The notes beneath the pieces are model-generated. The model was given only the letters and a program-made list of their open reading frames with translations, searched no databases and was not told the DNA's origin. This document shows positions 12,448 to 21,973 of a DNA stretch of 64,000 nt, in pieces. Position numbers and translations under genes: made by a program. Positions within the stretch are counted from its first letter, which is position 1, and each line of letters opens with the position of its first letter. This DNA comes from Candidatus Binatia bacterium (lineage in GTDB: Bacteria; Desulfobacterota; Binatia; UBA9968; JAJDTQ01): assembly GCA_022823055.1 (NCBI GenBank), contig JAJDXX010000064.1, positions 34,788-98,787 on the forward strand, in the 5' to 3' direction.

Positions 12448-12449
12448 CC

Positions 12450-13565
12450 ATGTGGCGCATCATCGATCTGGGCAACCTGGCGGGAGCCTATGCGACGCGC
12501 CTGCTGGCGGAATCGGGCCACGACGTCATCCGCGTCGAACCCGCCGGCGGGGATGCGGTGCGCCGCACCGGACCTTTCCTGGGAGATGTTCCCGATCTAG
12601 AGCAAGGAGCCTTCCACCACTTCCTGAACGCGGGCAAACGAAGCGTCTCCATCAACCCGGACACCCCCGAGGGATGGCCGTTGTTCCTCGAACTGGTGCA
12701 GACCGCCGACGCCGTGGTAACCAGCCAACGGCTCCCCGTAGACGACGAAGACACGAAGGCGGACCTGGTGTGGACCGACATCGAGGAGGTACAAGACGAG
12801 CTGTGCGCCTATGCCCGCTCGGGACTCCTTTCCCTCACCGGACAGCGTGAAGGCCGCCCGATGCTCATGGGCGGTCACATCATCTATCTGGCCGCCGGGA
12901 TTCAGGCGGCGGTGGGCACGGCCGCCGCGCTCCACGTGCGGCGCATCACCGGGCAGGGCCAGCGCGTGCGCGTCTCCATGCAGGACTGCCTGGAGACCTT
13001 TGTCGAGCAGGCCATGGTCGAGTACACGTTCTCGGGCACCCGCACCGAGCGGCGCGGCAACCGCGGCACCATCACCGCCATCTCCGGAGCACTTCCGTGC
13101 AAGGACGGACACTGGGTGGTGAGCCAGATCAACCGGCCGGGCCGCTGGGAGAAGTTCGCGGAGTGGGTCGGGGACGCGGATCTCATGGGCGATCCTTCTC
13201 TGTCTTCGGACGACGTGCAACGCGAGAAGAAGGACTTCATCATGGACCGGGTGCTGGCTTGGTCCAGGCAGTTCACCAAGTCGGAGATCGTCGAGGAGGG
13301 CCAACGGCGCCGGTTCCCCTCGTCGCCGGTATCCACGCCCCTGGATCTGGCCCGGGACCCGCAGCTCAAGGCGCGAGGCTACCTCACCGAGACGGAGGAC
13401 CCCCGTTTCGGGGGCATCCCGTTTCCGCTCGGCACCGTCGCTCGGGTCCGGGGACAGGAGATGAAGCCGGCGCCCACCCTGGGCCAGCACAACGCGGAGA
13501 TCCTGGGCGAGTTGGGCTGCTCCGACGCCCAGCGCCGGGCGCTGGCGGAGACCGGCGCCCTCTGA
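12450..13565 (+). CDS. family III CoA-transferase, second copy
   Basis: ATG at 12450, 2 nt after the upstream stop. MWRIIDLGNLAGAYATRLLAESGHDVIRVEP. Confidence 0.85.
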   Translation: MWRIIDLGNLAGAYATRLLAESGHDVIRVEPAGGDAVRRTGPFLGDVPDLEQGAFHHFLNAGKRSVSINPDTPEGWPLFLELVQTADAVVTSQRLPVDDEDTKADLVWTDIEEVQDELCAYARSGLLSLTGQREGRPMLMGGHIIYLAAGIQAAVGTAAALHVRRITGQGQRVRVSMQDCLETFVEQAMVEYTFSGTRTERRGNRGTITAISGALPCKDGHWVVSQINRPGRWEKFAEWVGDADLMGDPSLSSDDVQREKKDFIMDRVLAWSRQFTKSEIVEEGQRRRFPSSPVSTPLDLARDPQLKARGYLTETEDPRFGGIPFPLGTVARVRGQEMKPAPTLGQHNAEILGELGCSDAQRRALAETGAL

Positions 13566-13570
13566 CCCGC

Positions 13571-14017
13571 ATGGAGACAAGGATGGCCGAGCAGCGATTC
13601 TTCGAGGACGTCCGGCCCGGCACCGAACTGATGGCCCGCGAACACGGCCCTCTGACCATCATCGACACCGTGCGCTGGGCCGGCGTCCAGGAAAATACCC
13701 AACAGCTTCACTATGATCGCGACTGGGTGCGCGAGCACGCCGGCCTGCGCACCTTCATCGCCAGCGGCGCTTACCGGCAGGCGCTGCTGATGCGCATGCT
13801 GACCGATTGGGTCGGCCCCCGAGGGAGGCTGCGGAAGCTCGGCATCCGCCACACCTACTCGACCTTCGAAGGCGACACCATGCGGTTCGCCGCGCGGGCA
13901 GTGGAAAAGAGCGAAGACCCCGCCGACCCGTGGATCGAGTGCGAGCTGAATGGCACCAACCAGGAGGGACGGCAGATCCTGACCGGGCACTGCACGCTGG
14001 TGTTGCCCACCCGGTAG
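13571..14017 (+). CDS. MaoC-like hot-dog hydratase subunit (C-terminal type)
   Basis: ATG at 13571, 5 nt after the upstream stop. ...TVRWAGVQENTQQLHYDRDWVREHAGLRTFIASG. Confidence 0.8.
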   Translation: METRMAEQRFFEDVRPGTELMAREHGPLTIIDTVRWAGVQENTQQLHYDRDWVREHAGLRTFIASGAYRQALLMRMLTDWVGPRGRLRKLGIRHTYSTFEGDTMRFAARAVEKSEDPADPWIECELNGTNQEGRQILTGHCTLVLPTR

Positions 14018-14094
14018 CCCCGGGGCACGACGTCACGCAGCCCCTGCCCGCGGCAACCGCGAACCGGCCGGCGCACCGGGCGAGACGCGGCGTG

Positions 14095-15129
14095 TCACTT
14101 CTTCGGAAGAACGATTCCCTTCAACCTTGCCACCAGCCCCGACTCCAGACCGTAGAGCTTGTTGACGCTGCTCAAGGTAGCGGCGCCGTCGATGGGGTCC
14201 ACCGCCAGACGCAGCTTCTTGGCCTCCGCCCGCAATGCGGGATCGTTGAGGGCATCGATGAAGGCTTTCTGCATCAGCTTGAGACGCGCTTCCGGCATGT
14301 TGGGCGGCGTGGAGTAGGGGAACTGGCCGCGGTGCGCGTAGTCCGCCACCTCCAGGAGCTTGCGCGCATCAGGGGTCTTGGCGTAGTCGATGGCCCGCGG
14401 GATCTGCTTGATGTCCGGGTGCACGTTGAGCGTGTTCTGGACAACCATGTTGACCCTGCCGGCCTCGAAGGCTTCCCGCCAGATGGATTTCACCGTATGC
14501 AGCGAGCCACAGTACCCGTCCGCTTCCCCGGCTTCCACCGCCACCCGCGCTCGGGCGCCACCCCGGTAACCGTCGACGACCTTGGTGGGGAGCCCGAGCG
14601 CCGCCTTCATCAGCTTGGGAATGTCCGAGGTGCTGGTGCCCGGCCCGATGGCGGAGATGAACAGCTCCCTCTTCGAGCCGAACCAGTCGTCCATGCTCTT
14701 GATCCCGCTCTTCTGGTTGAAGCTGCACACGCTGTGGTTGGGCGCCGGCACGCCAAGCCAGCCGAACTTCCGGCCGTCGAACCTCGCCGCGTCGTTGCCC
14801 ATGACGTGCTGGAGCACCAGTGGGCCGGCGAAGGCGCCGATGGTGAGACCGTCGGGCTTCGCCGTGTTGTAGATGTAGTTGGCCGCGATCATGCCCGCAG
14901 CGCCGGTCATGTTCTGCACCAGCGTCGCCGGATTGCCCGGCAGGTGCTTGCCGAGGTGGCGGGCAATCAGCCGAGTATACAAGTCGAAGGAGCCGCCCGG
15001 CGAGTAGGCCACCACCAGCTTGACGGTCTTTCCGGCAAAGGACTCCTGCGCGGCCGACGGAACGGCCAGAACCGCGACGAACGCCAAACCCAACACGAGC
15101 CCAGCGATCATCCTGAAACGTTTGTACAT
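14095..15129 (-). CDS. Bug/TctC-family tripartite tricarboxylate transporter substrate-binding protein
   Basis: ATG at 15129 is preceded by GGAGGAG. Has a signal peptide, then ...KLVVAYSPGGSFDLYTRLIARHL...NMTGAAG, typical of the Bug family. Confidence 0.85.
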   Translation of the reverse strand: MYKRFRMIAGLVLGLAFVAVLAVPSAAQESFAGKTVKLVVAYSPGGSFDLYTRLIARHLGKHLPGNPATLVQNMTGAAGMIAANYIYNTAKPDGLTIGAFAGPLVLQHVMGNDAARFDGRKFGWLGVPAPNHSVCSFNQKSGIKSMDDWFGSKRELFISAIGPGTSTSDIPKLMKAALGLPTKVVDGYRGGARARVAVEAGEADGYCGSLHTVKSIWREAFEAGRVNMVVQNTLNVHPDIKQIPRAIDYAKTPDARKLLEVADYAHRGQFPYSTPPNMPEARLKLMQKAFIDALNDPALRAEAKKLRLAVDPIDGAATLSSVNKLYGLESGLVARLKGIVLPKK

Positions 15130-15167
15130 GAGCTTCTCCTCCATGTTGACAGCCTTTTCGGACTCCG

Positions 15168-15185
15168 TGCTGTATATGCTGTATA
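15168..15185. promoter_or_regulatory. tandem direct repeat TGCTGTATA x2 in a divergent promoter region
   Basis: Two exact adjacent 9-mers lie between the tctC-like start (15129, minus) and the TenA-like start (15255, plus). A consensus TTGACA sits at 15146-15151. Confidence 0.35.
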
Positions 15186-15254
15186 GTACGAACCGGAGCC
15201 GGGCAACAGCGCGCGGACCGTCGAACGCTCAGGCTGGAAGGGACTTCAAGCGAT

Positions 15255-16007
15255 ATGATCATTCCCGGGATGAGTTCACGGGAGGCCAAGGCCCGCGTGG
15301 ACGAGCACTACCGCAAGGTGGCGCAACGGTGGCGCGAGCGGGTGACCGGCTCGCCCTTCATGATTCAACTCATGGAGGGAAGCCTGCCGCGCGCCGCGCT
15401 GCGGACGTTCTTCAAGAACTGGGCTTCGTACACCATCGAGATCAACACGGTGGAGGCGGCGTCCTATCACAAGCACATCGCCTTCTTCCGTCGCAACCGC
15501 GACCTCATGGCCCCCATGGCCCGCAAGCTCGCCGACGAGCTGTTGCATCCCGAACCGCCCGGACACATCCACGTGGTGCTGGAGACGGCCAAGGCGTTGG
15601 GGATCGAGGAGGACGAGGTCTATCTGGAGCCCATGCTGGCCGAGTTCCGCGCCAAGATCGACTTCAAGCGCACGATCCTGTGGGAGGGAACCGTGGCCGA
15701 GTTCTACGCGGCCGGAGCCACCGAGGAACAGACCGGCTACTGGTCGGCCGACTTCTTCAAGGCCCTCACCACCCACTACGGCCTCACCCCCGAGCAGGCC
15801 GTCTACTTCTCCACCCACGAGGAAGCCGACCTCAAGGAGCACGAGGACGGCGTCATGGGCCACGGCAGCTTCCGCCGCCTGGTGCTGCAGCGCCTGCTGG
15901 AAGACGGGATCGAGGTGCGCGCCGGCTACGACCTCGACTACTGCGGCCTCACCGCCGTGGACCTCCACGGCGACATCCTCAACGCCTGCCTGGAGCCGGG
16001 AGGCTAG
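15255..16007 (+). CDS. TenA/PqqC-like haem-oxygenase-fold protein
   Basis: 250 aa. All-helical composition with ...FFKNWASYTIEIN...FYAAGATEEQTGYW..., resembling the TenA_C/PqqC family. Function uncertain. Confidence 0.6.
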   Translation: MIIPGMSSREAKARVDEHYRKVAQRWRERVTGSPFMIQLMEGSLPRAALRTFFKNWASYTIEINTVEAASYHKHIAFFRRNRDLMAPMARKLADELLHPEPPGHIHVVLETAKALGIEEDEVYLEPMLAEFRAKIDFKRTILWEGTVAEFYAAGATEEQTGYWSADFFKALTTHYGLTPEQAVYFSTHEEADLKEHEDGVMGHGSFRRLVLQRLLEDGIEVRAGYDLDYCGLTAVDLHGDILNACLEPGG

Positions 16008-16014
16008 CGGCGAG

Positions 16015-17433
16015 ATGCCGCATTCGACTCCAGAAGCACCGCAACCGCCCGTGGATGCGTCCGCGGGTCCGTTGCCGCGCGAGGTGGCACTGGAGAACAT
16101 CGTCATGTGGACCGGGCTGGGCCGCTACGACGACGTGCGCCGGCTCCTGGCCGACTTCCATCCCGCCGACATCGCGGAGTTGCTGGATCAGCTCGATGAG
16201 CCACGGGTGCGGCAACGGGCATTCGGGCTGCTGTCCGAGGCGACGGCCTCGGCGGTCCTGAGCCTCGTCTCGCCGGACTTGCGCGACGAGTTCGTGGCGG
16301 ACCTTTCGGACCGGGAACTGGCCGGGCTCGTGGAGGAGCTGGACACCGACGACGCCGCGGACCTGATCGAGACCCTGCCAGAGGAGCGTACCCCCACGGT
16401 CCTGGCGGAAATGCCGTCGGAGCTGGCGGAGGAAATCGAGGACCTGCTGGACTATCCGCCGGACAGCGCCGGCGGCATCATGCAGACGGAGTACGTGTCC
16501 GTGCCGCAATACGCCACCGTGGAGCAGGCCATCGGGATCATCCGCCGCGCCCACGACGACGTGCCAGAGGTCCACGACGTCTTCGTGGTGAACGTCGAGC
16601 GCCACGTCACCGGCATCCTGCCCCTCAGCAACCTGGTGCTGGCGAGCCCGGACGAATCCGTCGCCGACATCATGGAGCGTCCGGTGATCTCCGTGGCGGT
16701 GGAGATGCCGCAGGACGAGGTCGCCCGCGTCCTGCAGAAGTACGACTTCGTCACGGTTCCCGTGGTCGACGACCAGGACCGGCTCGTGGGCCGCGTCACC
16801 ATCGACGACGTGGTAGACGTCATCGAGGAGGAGGCCAGCAAGGACATCTACGCCATCGCCGGCGTCGAGAGCGAGTCCATCAACCTGGCGCGCGACTCGG
16901 TCCTGAAGCGCGTCGGCGAACGCTTCTCATGGGTGCTGACCACGGTGCTGCTGGGGCTGGTGGTGGCTTTGGTGATCTCAAAGGTCTTCGTGGAGACCTT
17001 CGAGAAGATGGCGCTGCTGGCCGCGTTCCTGCCGGTCATCATCGCCACCGCCGGCGCCGTGGGGCTTCAGTCCTCGACCCTCGTGGTGCGCGCCATCGCC
17101 CTCGGCACCCTGTCCCTCCAGCGCGTCCTCTCCGTCATCCTCTACGAAGCCGCCACCGGCCTGGTCCTGGGCGCGAGCTGCGGCCTCATCACCGCCGCCG
17201 CGAGCTACCTCATCAACATGGGTACTCCCGACATCCTCAAACTCTCCCTCGCGGTGCTCATCGGCATGGTCGTCTCCGTCACCACCGCCGCCTGCGTGGG
17301 CACCGTCCAGCCCATCATCTTTTACAAGCTCAACCGCGACCCCGCCGTCGCCGCCGGCCCGCTGGTGACGGCGTTCAACGACCTCCTGGGGACGACCCTG
17401 TATCTGGTGGTGGCGACGGCGTTGCAGGCGTAG
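16015..17433 (+). CDS. mgtE: magnesium transporter MgtE
   Basis: 472 aa. Has an N-terminal MgtE_N region, a CBS pair (...YVSVPQYATVEQAI...) and a C-terminal 5-TM domain. Confidence 0.9.
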   Translation: MPHSTPEAPQPPVDASAGPLPREVALENIVMWTGLGRYDDVRRLLADFHPADIAELLDQLDEPRVRQRAFGLLSEATASAVLSLVSPDLRDEFVADLSDRELAGLVEELDTDDAADLIETLPEERTPTVLAEMPSELAEEIEDLLDYPPDSAGGIMQTEYVSVPQYATVEQAIGIIRRAHDDVPEVHDVFVVNVERHVTGILPLSNLVLASPDESVADIMERPVISVAVEMPQDEVARVLQKYDFVTVPVVDDQDRLVGRVTIDDVVDVIEEEASKDIYAIAGVESESINLARDSVLKRVGERFSWVLTTVLLGLVVALVISKVFVETFEKMALLAAFLPVIIATAGAVGLQSSTLVVRAIALGTLSLQRVLSVILYEAATGLVLGASCGLITAAASYLINMGTPDILKLSLAVLIGMVVSVTTAACVGTVQPIIFYKLNRDPAVAAGPLVTAFNDLLGTTLYLVVATALQA

Positions 17434-17447
17434 GGCGGTATTTGAGC

Positions 17448-18737
17448 CTACCGAAGGCCGCAACCTTGCCGCCCGCGGCGCAGGCAGGCCAGATTGTGGT
17501 GGAAGACCGGCGCCTGGGCGCGGGCGAAGCCGGCACGGCTGGCGCCGTTCTCCCGGCTGCGCTGGTACCGCCGCCAGTCACCCTCGTTGCCGTCGCGCCA
17601 GTAGCCGTCGAGGACCTGAGCAGGCAACGGCTTGAGTTGCGGGCGGGTGTTGTAGCGCGCGCCGGGCGGGCCGTCGCGGCCGGGCAGGCGGCGGCGTTCG
17701 CCCAGGAAGCCGTGGAAGGAGTAGAAGGCGTCCGTGCCCGGAAGGAACTCCATCTGGTAGTCGACAGGGCGGTCCGGGTCGGTGATGTCGTCCGCGGACA
17801 TGGTCGGCCGTTCGCCGAATCCCATCATGAAGGCCCTGGCTTCGGAGTCGAGAAACCGCACCGCGCGCCGAACGGTGCGCCCGGGCGCGTGCGGGTACAG
17901 CTCGTTGGAGCGGATGGCGATGTCGACGTCGAACCGTCCGCCGCGTCCCAACTCCACCGACTCTCCCACCAGGTAGGTGCGCAGGTAGTTGTGCTGCTGC
18001 AGCGTGAGCGCCACGGGACGCTCGGCCGCGTCCAGAACAACGAAGGCGGCGGTGTAGTGGTCGAGCTGGTGCCAGTCGTCCAGGTCGGCTACCAACCGCA
18101 GCGGCAAAGCGAACGCCATGGGCAGCGCCGCGGGCAGGCCGCTCACCCGGAAGACCAGGTGGTAGGTGACGACGGTGAACTCCTCGGGCGCCCGTCCGTC
18201 CTTCCGCGGCGTCCACAAGTCCGTGCGCTCCACCGCGACGTAGACCACCGGACGCGGATGGCCGTCACCGGGCACGTGCGTGAACTCGGCTCGGACGTCT
18301 TCCCGGTAGCGGTTCAGGTCCGCGGGAGTCGGGCCGTCGACGCGGACGCCGTCGCCCGTCACCAGGTAACCGTGGGCGATGTAGTCGCGGTAGAAGTCGA
18401 TGGGCCCCTCGTGGCCCGCGGGCAGGTGGAAACGCGGCGCGTGCCGGCGGGCTAGAGCCCGGTCGGCCGGGCTCGCGGCCGGCGTCGGCGGATTCGCGGC
18501 AAAGTACTCGGCGAATCCCGGATACTGCGAGAAATTGCGGTCGGCGGCCGAGGCGCCCGCACAGACCGCCAGCAGCAGAAGTCCCGCGAGGCAACCCGAC
18601 AGAACCAAGGTTCTCGTGGAACCTGCCGACAAGTGCTTGTAGAGGCCTTTTGCTGCTTGTGAAGCTGGTCTTCTTTCCCTGACCCCCACGACGCATCGCT
18701 CCGACGGCTCGGACGCTTGCTCAAGGCGTGAAGCCAT
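17448..18737 (-). CDS. hypothetical secreted protein
   Basis: Start chosen at ATG 18737, 10 nt after the upstream stop. A hydrophobic signal-like segment LVLSGCLAGLLLLAVCAGASA is present. No family recognised with confidence. Confidence 0.5.
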   Translation of the reverse strand: MASRLEQASEPSERCVVGVRERRPASQAAKGLYKHLSAGSTRTLVLSGCLAGLLLLAVCAGASAADRNFSQYPGFAEYFAANPPTPAASPADRALARRHAPRFHLPAGHEGPIDFYRDYIAHGYLVTGDGVRVDGPTPADLNRYREDVRAEFTHVPGDGHPRPVVYVAVERTDLWTPRKDGRAPEEFTVVTYHLVFRVSGLPAALPMAFALPLRLVADLDDWHQLDHYTAAFVVLDAAERPVALTLQQHNYLRTYLVGESVELGRGGRFDVDIAIRSNELYPHAPGRTVRRAVRFLDSEARAFMMGFGERPTMSADDITDPDRPVDYQMEFLPGTDAFYSFHGFLGERRRLPGRDGPPGARYNTRPQLKPLPAQVLDGYWRDGNEGDWRRYQRSRENGASRAGFARAQAPVFHHNLACLRRGRQGCGLR

Positions 18738-18747
18738 CTGCCGCGCG

Positions 18748-19674
18748 CTAGCGCCGGCGCTTCCTTCCCGTGCGTAGGCGCAACTCGCGCTTGAGGCCAC
18801 CCGCGTCCAGCTTTGCCCGATGGAGATACGCGGCCAAGGAACCGTACCCCGTCTCGCCGGCGAAACGCACGGGAACCGGCGGGGTCTCATCGAATACCCG
18901 CGCCATGTGGAGTCGCACATCGGTGTGGGGACGGTCCCGGCCTTTCCCTGATTGCCGCTTGAATCCCGCCTTCCTCTCGAGCAGGAGGCGACAGTTCACC
19001 GTGGAGCCGGCAAAGGGAGAGTACCGGCTGGCCTTGAGTCGCCCCACTCCGGTCCCGTGCGGCTCGCCCACGAGCTCGTAGAGACGGCGGCCGGTATAGA
19101 CCGGAATCCGCAGCCTGCATCCCTGGCCGGCGTCAAAACGGGAAAGCACCGCAAGCAGGGCGCCGGCGGGGTCGAGGGCGCCCTTGAGCTGGGCCGGGGG
19201 AACCGACGGCGGGTTCCCGCCCTTCCGACGTGGCTTGATGCGCACGACCCTCGGCGTTCCCTCGTTGAAGCCAAGCTCGACCAAGCGCTTCTTGCGCCAC
19301 CGCTTGCTGCTGTAGCCTGCCCGGACCGGCACGATTTCCCCCGAAACGAAAGTACCGTGTGAATAGGCCGTCGTCTTCAGGCGGGCGAGCGTCTTGACCA
19401 GGCCGGTGGTTTTCATGCGCAGCCGCACGGCGTACGCCGATGCATGGAGATCGTATGCCGCCGCATCCGGGTCATAGGACGCGGCATCGAAATCGACGCG
19501 GAGATCGAGAGTGGCCGCACGGATGTCGGCGAAGTACGCGCGGTAGGAAAGCTGCAGCCGGCCTTCTCCCGCGAATGCGGTCGACAGGGAGAGGACCCCC
19601 GCGAGCGTCGTCAGGCACAGGCAGCGCAAGATAAGCCGTGCGTGTCGCCATGCTGCGGAGAATCCCAAGGGCAT
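18748..19674 (-). CDS. DUF3108-like protein
   Basis: 308 aa with a signal peptide. LQLSYRAYFADIRAATLDL... resembles the DUF3108 beta-barrel family. Confidence 0.6.
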   Translation of the reverse strand: MPLGFSAAWRHARLILRCLCLTTLAGVLSLSTAFAGEGRLQLSYRAYFADIRAATLDLRVDFDAASYDPDAAAYDLHASAYAVRLRMKTTGLVKTLARLKTTAYSHGTFVSGEIVPVRAGYSSKRWRKKRLVELGFNEGTPRVVRIKPRRKGGNPPSVPPAQLKGALDPAGALLAVLSRFDAGQGCRLRIPVYTGRRLYELVGEPHGTGVGRLKASRYSPFAGSTVNCRLLLERKAGFKRQSGKGRDRPHTDVRLHMARVFDETPPVPVRFAGETGYGSLAAYLHRAKLDAGGLKRELRLRTGRKRRR

Positions 19675-19900
19675 CCGTAGAGTAAACCAAGGTCAGGCCG
19701 GTTGGGCAAACGAAGCAGCGGCCATAGGACCCCGGCCGCTGCGTGCACCGAATCCGGCGGCGGGTTGCCTCCACCGCCCCCGTTGGTAATATGCATGGAG
19801 AGATGCAACCTGATCGAGGATGCATCCCCATGGAGACCCTGTCAACAGCCCGGACAAGTCACTTCCTTGACCAGTCCGCCGTGAAGCACGGGGAGGAAGA

Positions 19901-21121
19901 TTGAGTCGCACGACCCCGCTTCGCCGCGGCGAATTCCTGGCCCTCGTCGCCCTGCTGATGTCGCTCCCCGCGCTCTCGACCGACGCGATGCTGCCGGCGT
20001 TGCCCGCCATAGGCCACGACCTCGGGGCACCGCGCCGGAACGACGTGCAGTTCGTCATCACGGCGATGCTCATGGGGCTCGCCCTCGGTCAGATCGTTTT
20101 CGGCCCGCTCTCCGATCGTTTCGGACGCAAACCCGCCATCCATGCCGGCTTGGGCCTGTACATGGCGGGTTGCCTCATGAGCGTCTTCGCTCCCGTCTTC
20201 GAGGTGATGATCGCGAGCCGCGTCGTGCAGGGCATCGGAGTGGCGGGGCCGCGCATCGTGATCATCGCCCTGGTGCGCGATCAGTACGAGGGACGGCAGA
20301 TGTCTCGTCTCATGTCGTTCGCCATCGCCGTGTTCATCCTCGTGCCCACCGTCGCTCCGGCCCTCGGACAGGGTATCCAGTGGCTGGCGGGCTGGCGGGC
20401 GATATTCGGCACATTCTTCGCCGTCGCCGCCATCGGATTCGCCTGGCTTGCGCTCCGGCAGCCGGAAACCCTGTCCGCCGCCCGCCGGCGCCCCCTCTCG
20501 CCGCGGTCCGTCGGTGGTGCCGTCCTGGAGGTCCTGCGCATTCGGGCCGCGCGCGGTTATATCCTCGCCACCGCCTGCGCGTTCGCGCCGTTCATCGCCT
20601 ACCTGAGCTCTGTCCAGCAGATTTTCCAGGAAGCCTACCGGGTCGGCGCCCTCTTTCCGGTCTATTTCGGCGCGCTGGCGCTGGCCATCGGCGGCGCCTC
20701 GCTCATGAACGCCCGCCTCGTGCTCAGGTATGGGATGCGCCGGATCACGAGGGCGGCGGCGGGGTCCATCGCACTGGTCTCCGTCGTTATGTGGGCGCCG
20801 GCCTCCGCCTTCGACGGGCTTCCCCCGCTGTGGCTGTTCATGGCCTACCTGCTCGTCATGTTCGTCTGCTTCGGACTCCTCTTCGGCAATCTCAATGCGC
20901 TCGCCATGGAGCCGTTGGGCCACATCGCCGGTGTGGGAGCGGCGGTGGTCGCTTCGCTCCCCACTTTCATCGCGGTGCCGTTCGGAGCGTTGGTTGGCCA
21001 GACTTTCGACGGCACCATGTATGCCCAGATTACCGCTTTCGCGGTCTTTGGAGCGGGGGCCTTCGCTGCGATGAAAAGGGCCGAGCGCGGCTCGGAGCAG
21101 GACGAGAGAAAGGCCTGTTGA
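19901..21121 (+). CDS. MFS transporter, Bcr/CflA drug-efflux subfamily
   Basis: TTG start after GGGGAGGAAG. LPALPAIGHDLG...GPLSDRFGRKP motif. 12-TM pattern. Confidence 0.85.
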   Translation: MSRTTPLRRGEFLALVALLMSLPALSTDAMLPALPAIGHDLGAPRRNDVQFVITAMLMGLALGQIVFGPLSDRFGRKPAIHAGLGLYMAGCLMSVFAPVFEVMIASRVVQGIGVAGPRIVIIALVRDQYEGRQMSRLMSFAIAVFILVPTVAPALGQGIQWLAGWRAIFGTFFAVAAIGFAWLALRQPETLSAARRRPLSPRSVGGAVLEVLRIRAARGYILATACAFAPFIAYLSSVQQIFQEAYRVGALFPVYFGALALAIGGASLMNARLVLRYGMRRITRAAAGSIALVSVVMWAPASAFDGLPPLWLFMAYLLVMFVCFGLLFGNLNALAMEPLGHIAGVGAAVVASLPTFIAVPFGALVGQTFDGTMYAQITAFAVFGAGAFAAMKRAERGSEQDERKAC

Positions 21122-21184
21122 AACCGGCGCCGGCAACGTGCACGCTGGTCCAAACTCGTGGCAGGGCGAAAGGAGCACAGTTCC

Positions 21185-21949
21185 ATGAAAGGTCTCATCG
21201 CATTCTTGATGGCCGCATTCATCGCGGGGCTGTTGTCCACCGCACGCGTGGCATATGCGGAGCCGGGCGTACCCAATCCGTTGCGCATCGGCAGCGAAGG
21301 CTACTACCCGCCATTCAACTTCGTCGACCAGTCGGGTCAACTCAAGGGGTTCGACATCGACATCGCCATGGCGCTCTGCGAACGGCTGAAGGTGGAGTGC
21401 AAGCTGGTGGCGCAGGATTGGGACGGCATCATCCCGGCGCTTCTGGCGGGTAAGTACGACGCCATCGTGGCCAGCATGTCGATCACCGACGAGCGCAAGA
21501 AGGTGGTGAGCTTCACCGACAAGTACTACAGCAACAAGGTGCGCTTCGTGGCCGCCAAGGGCGGAGGCTTCGACCCCGGAAAACTCGACGGCAAGACCAT
21601 CGGCACCCAGCGCGCCACCATTGCCGCGAACTGGCTGGCGAAGAACGCCGGCGGCGCGAAGGTGAAACTCTACGACAAGCAGACCGATGCCTATCTCGAC
21701 CTGGCTGCCCGAAGGCTCGACGCCATCTTCGCCGATGGGTTGGTGCTTCACGAATGGCTGAAGACCAAGGCGGGCGCCGGTTTCGAGATGGTGGGCGACG
21801 CCTACGAGCTGGACGAGGGCATCGGCATCGCCGTGCGCAAGGAGGACAACGTGCTGCGGCAACGGCTCAACGCCGCGCTTGCCGCCATGCTCGCGGACGG
21901 CACCTACGCTGCGATCAACGCGCGGTACTTCCCCTTCAGCATCTACTAG
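21185..21949 (+). CDS. polar amino-acid (Lys/Arg/Orn/His/opine type) ABC substrate-binding protein
   Basis: ATG at 21185 with a signal peptide. ...YYPPFNFVDQSGQLKGFDIDIAMALCERL...WDGIIPALLAGKYDAIVASMSIT. Confidence 0.9.
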   Translation: MKGLIAFLMAAFIAGLLSTARVAYAEPGVPNPLRIGSEGYYPPFNFVDQSGQLKGFDIDIAMALCERLKVECKLVAQDWDGIIPALLAGKYDAIVASMSITDERKKVVSFTDKYYSNKVRFVAAKGGGFDPGKLDGKTIGTQRATIAANWLAKNAGGAKVKLYDKQTDAYLDLAARRLDAIFADGLVLHEWLKTKAGAGFEMVGDAYELDEGIGIAVRKEDNVLRQRLNAALAAMLADGTYAAINARYFPFSIY

Positions 21950-21973
21950 CAGCCTGCATTGCGGTGGTTCCCC

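Noticed and set aside
19859-21862. 667-aa ORF antisense to the MFS and amino-acid-binding-protein genes
   Set aside because: It spans two well-supported plus-strand genes and their spacer. Composition (Gly/Arg/His/Asp runs) and the lack of any motif indicate a GC-driven open frame.
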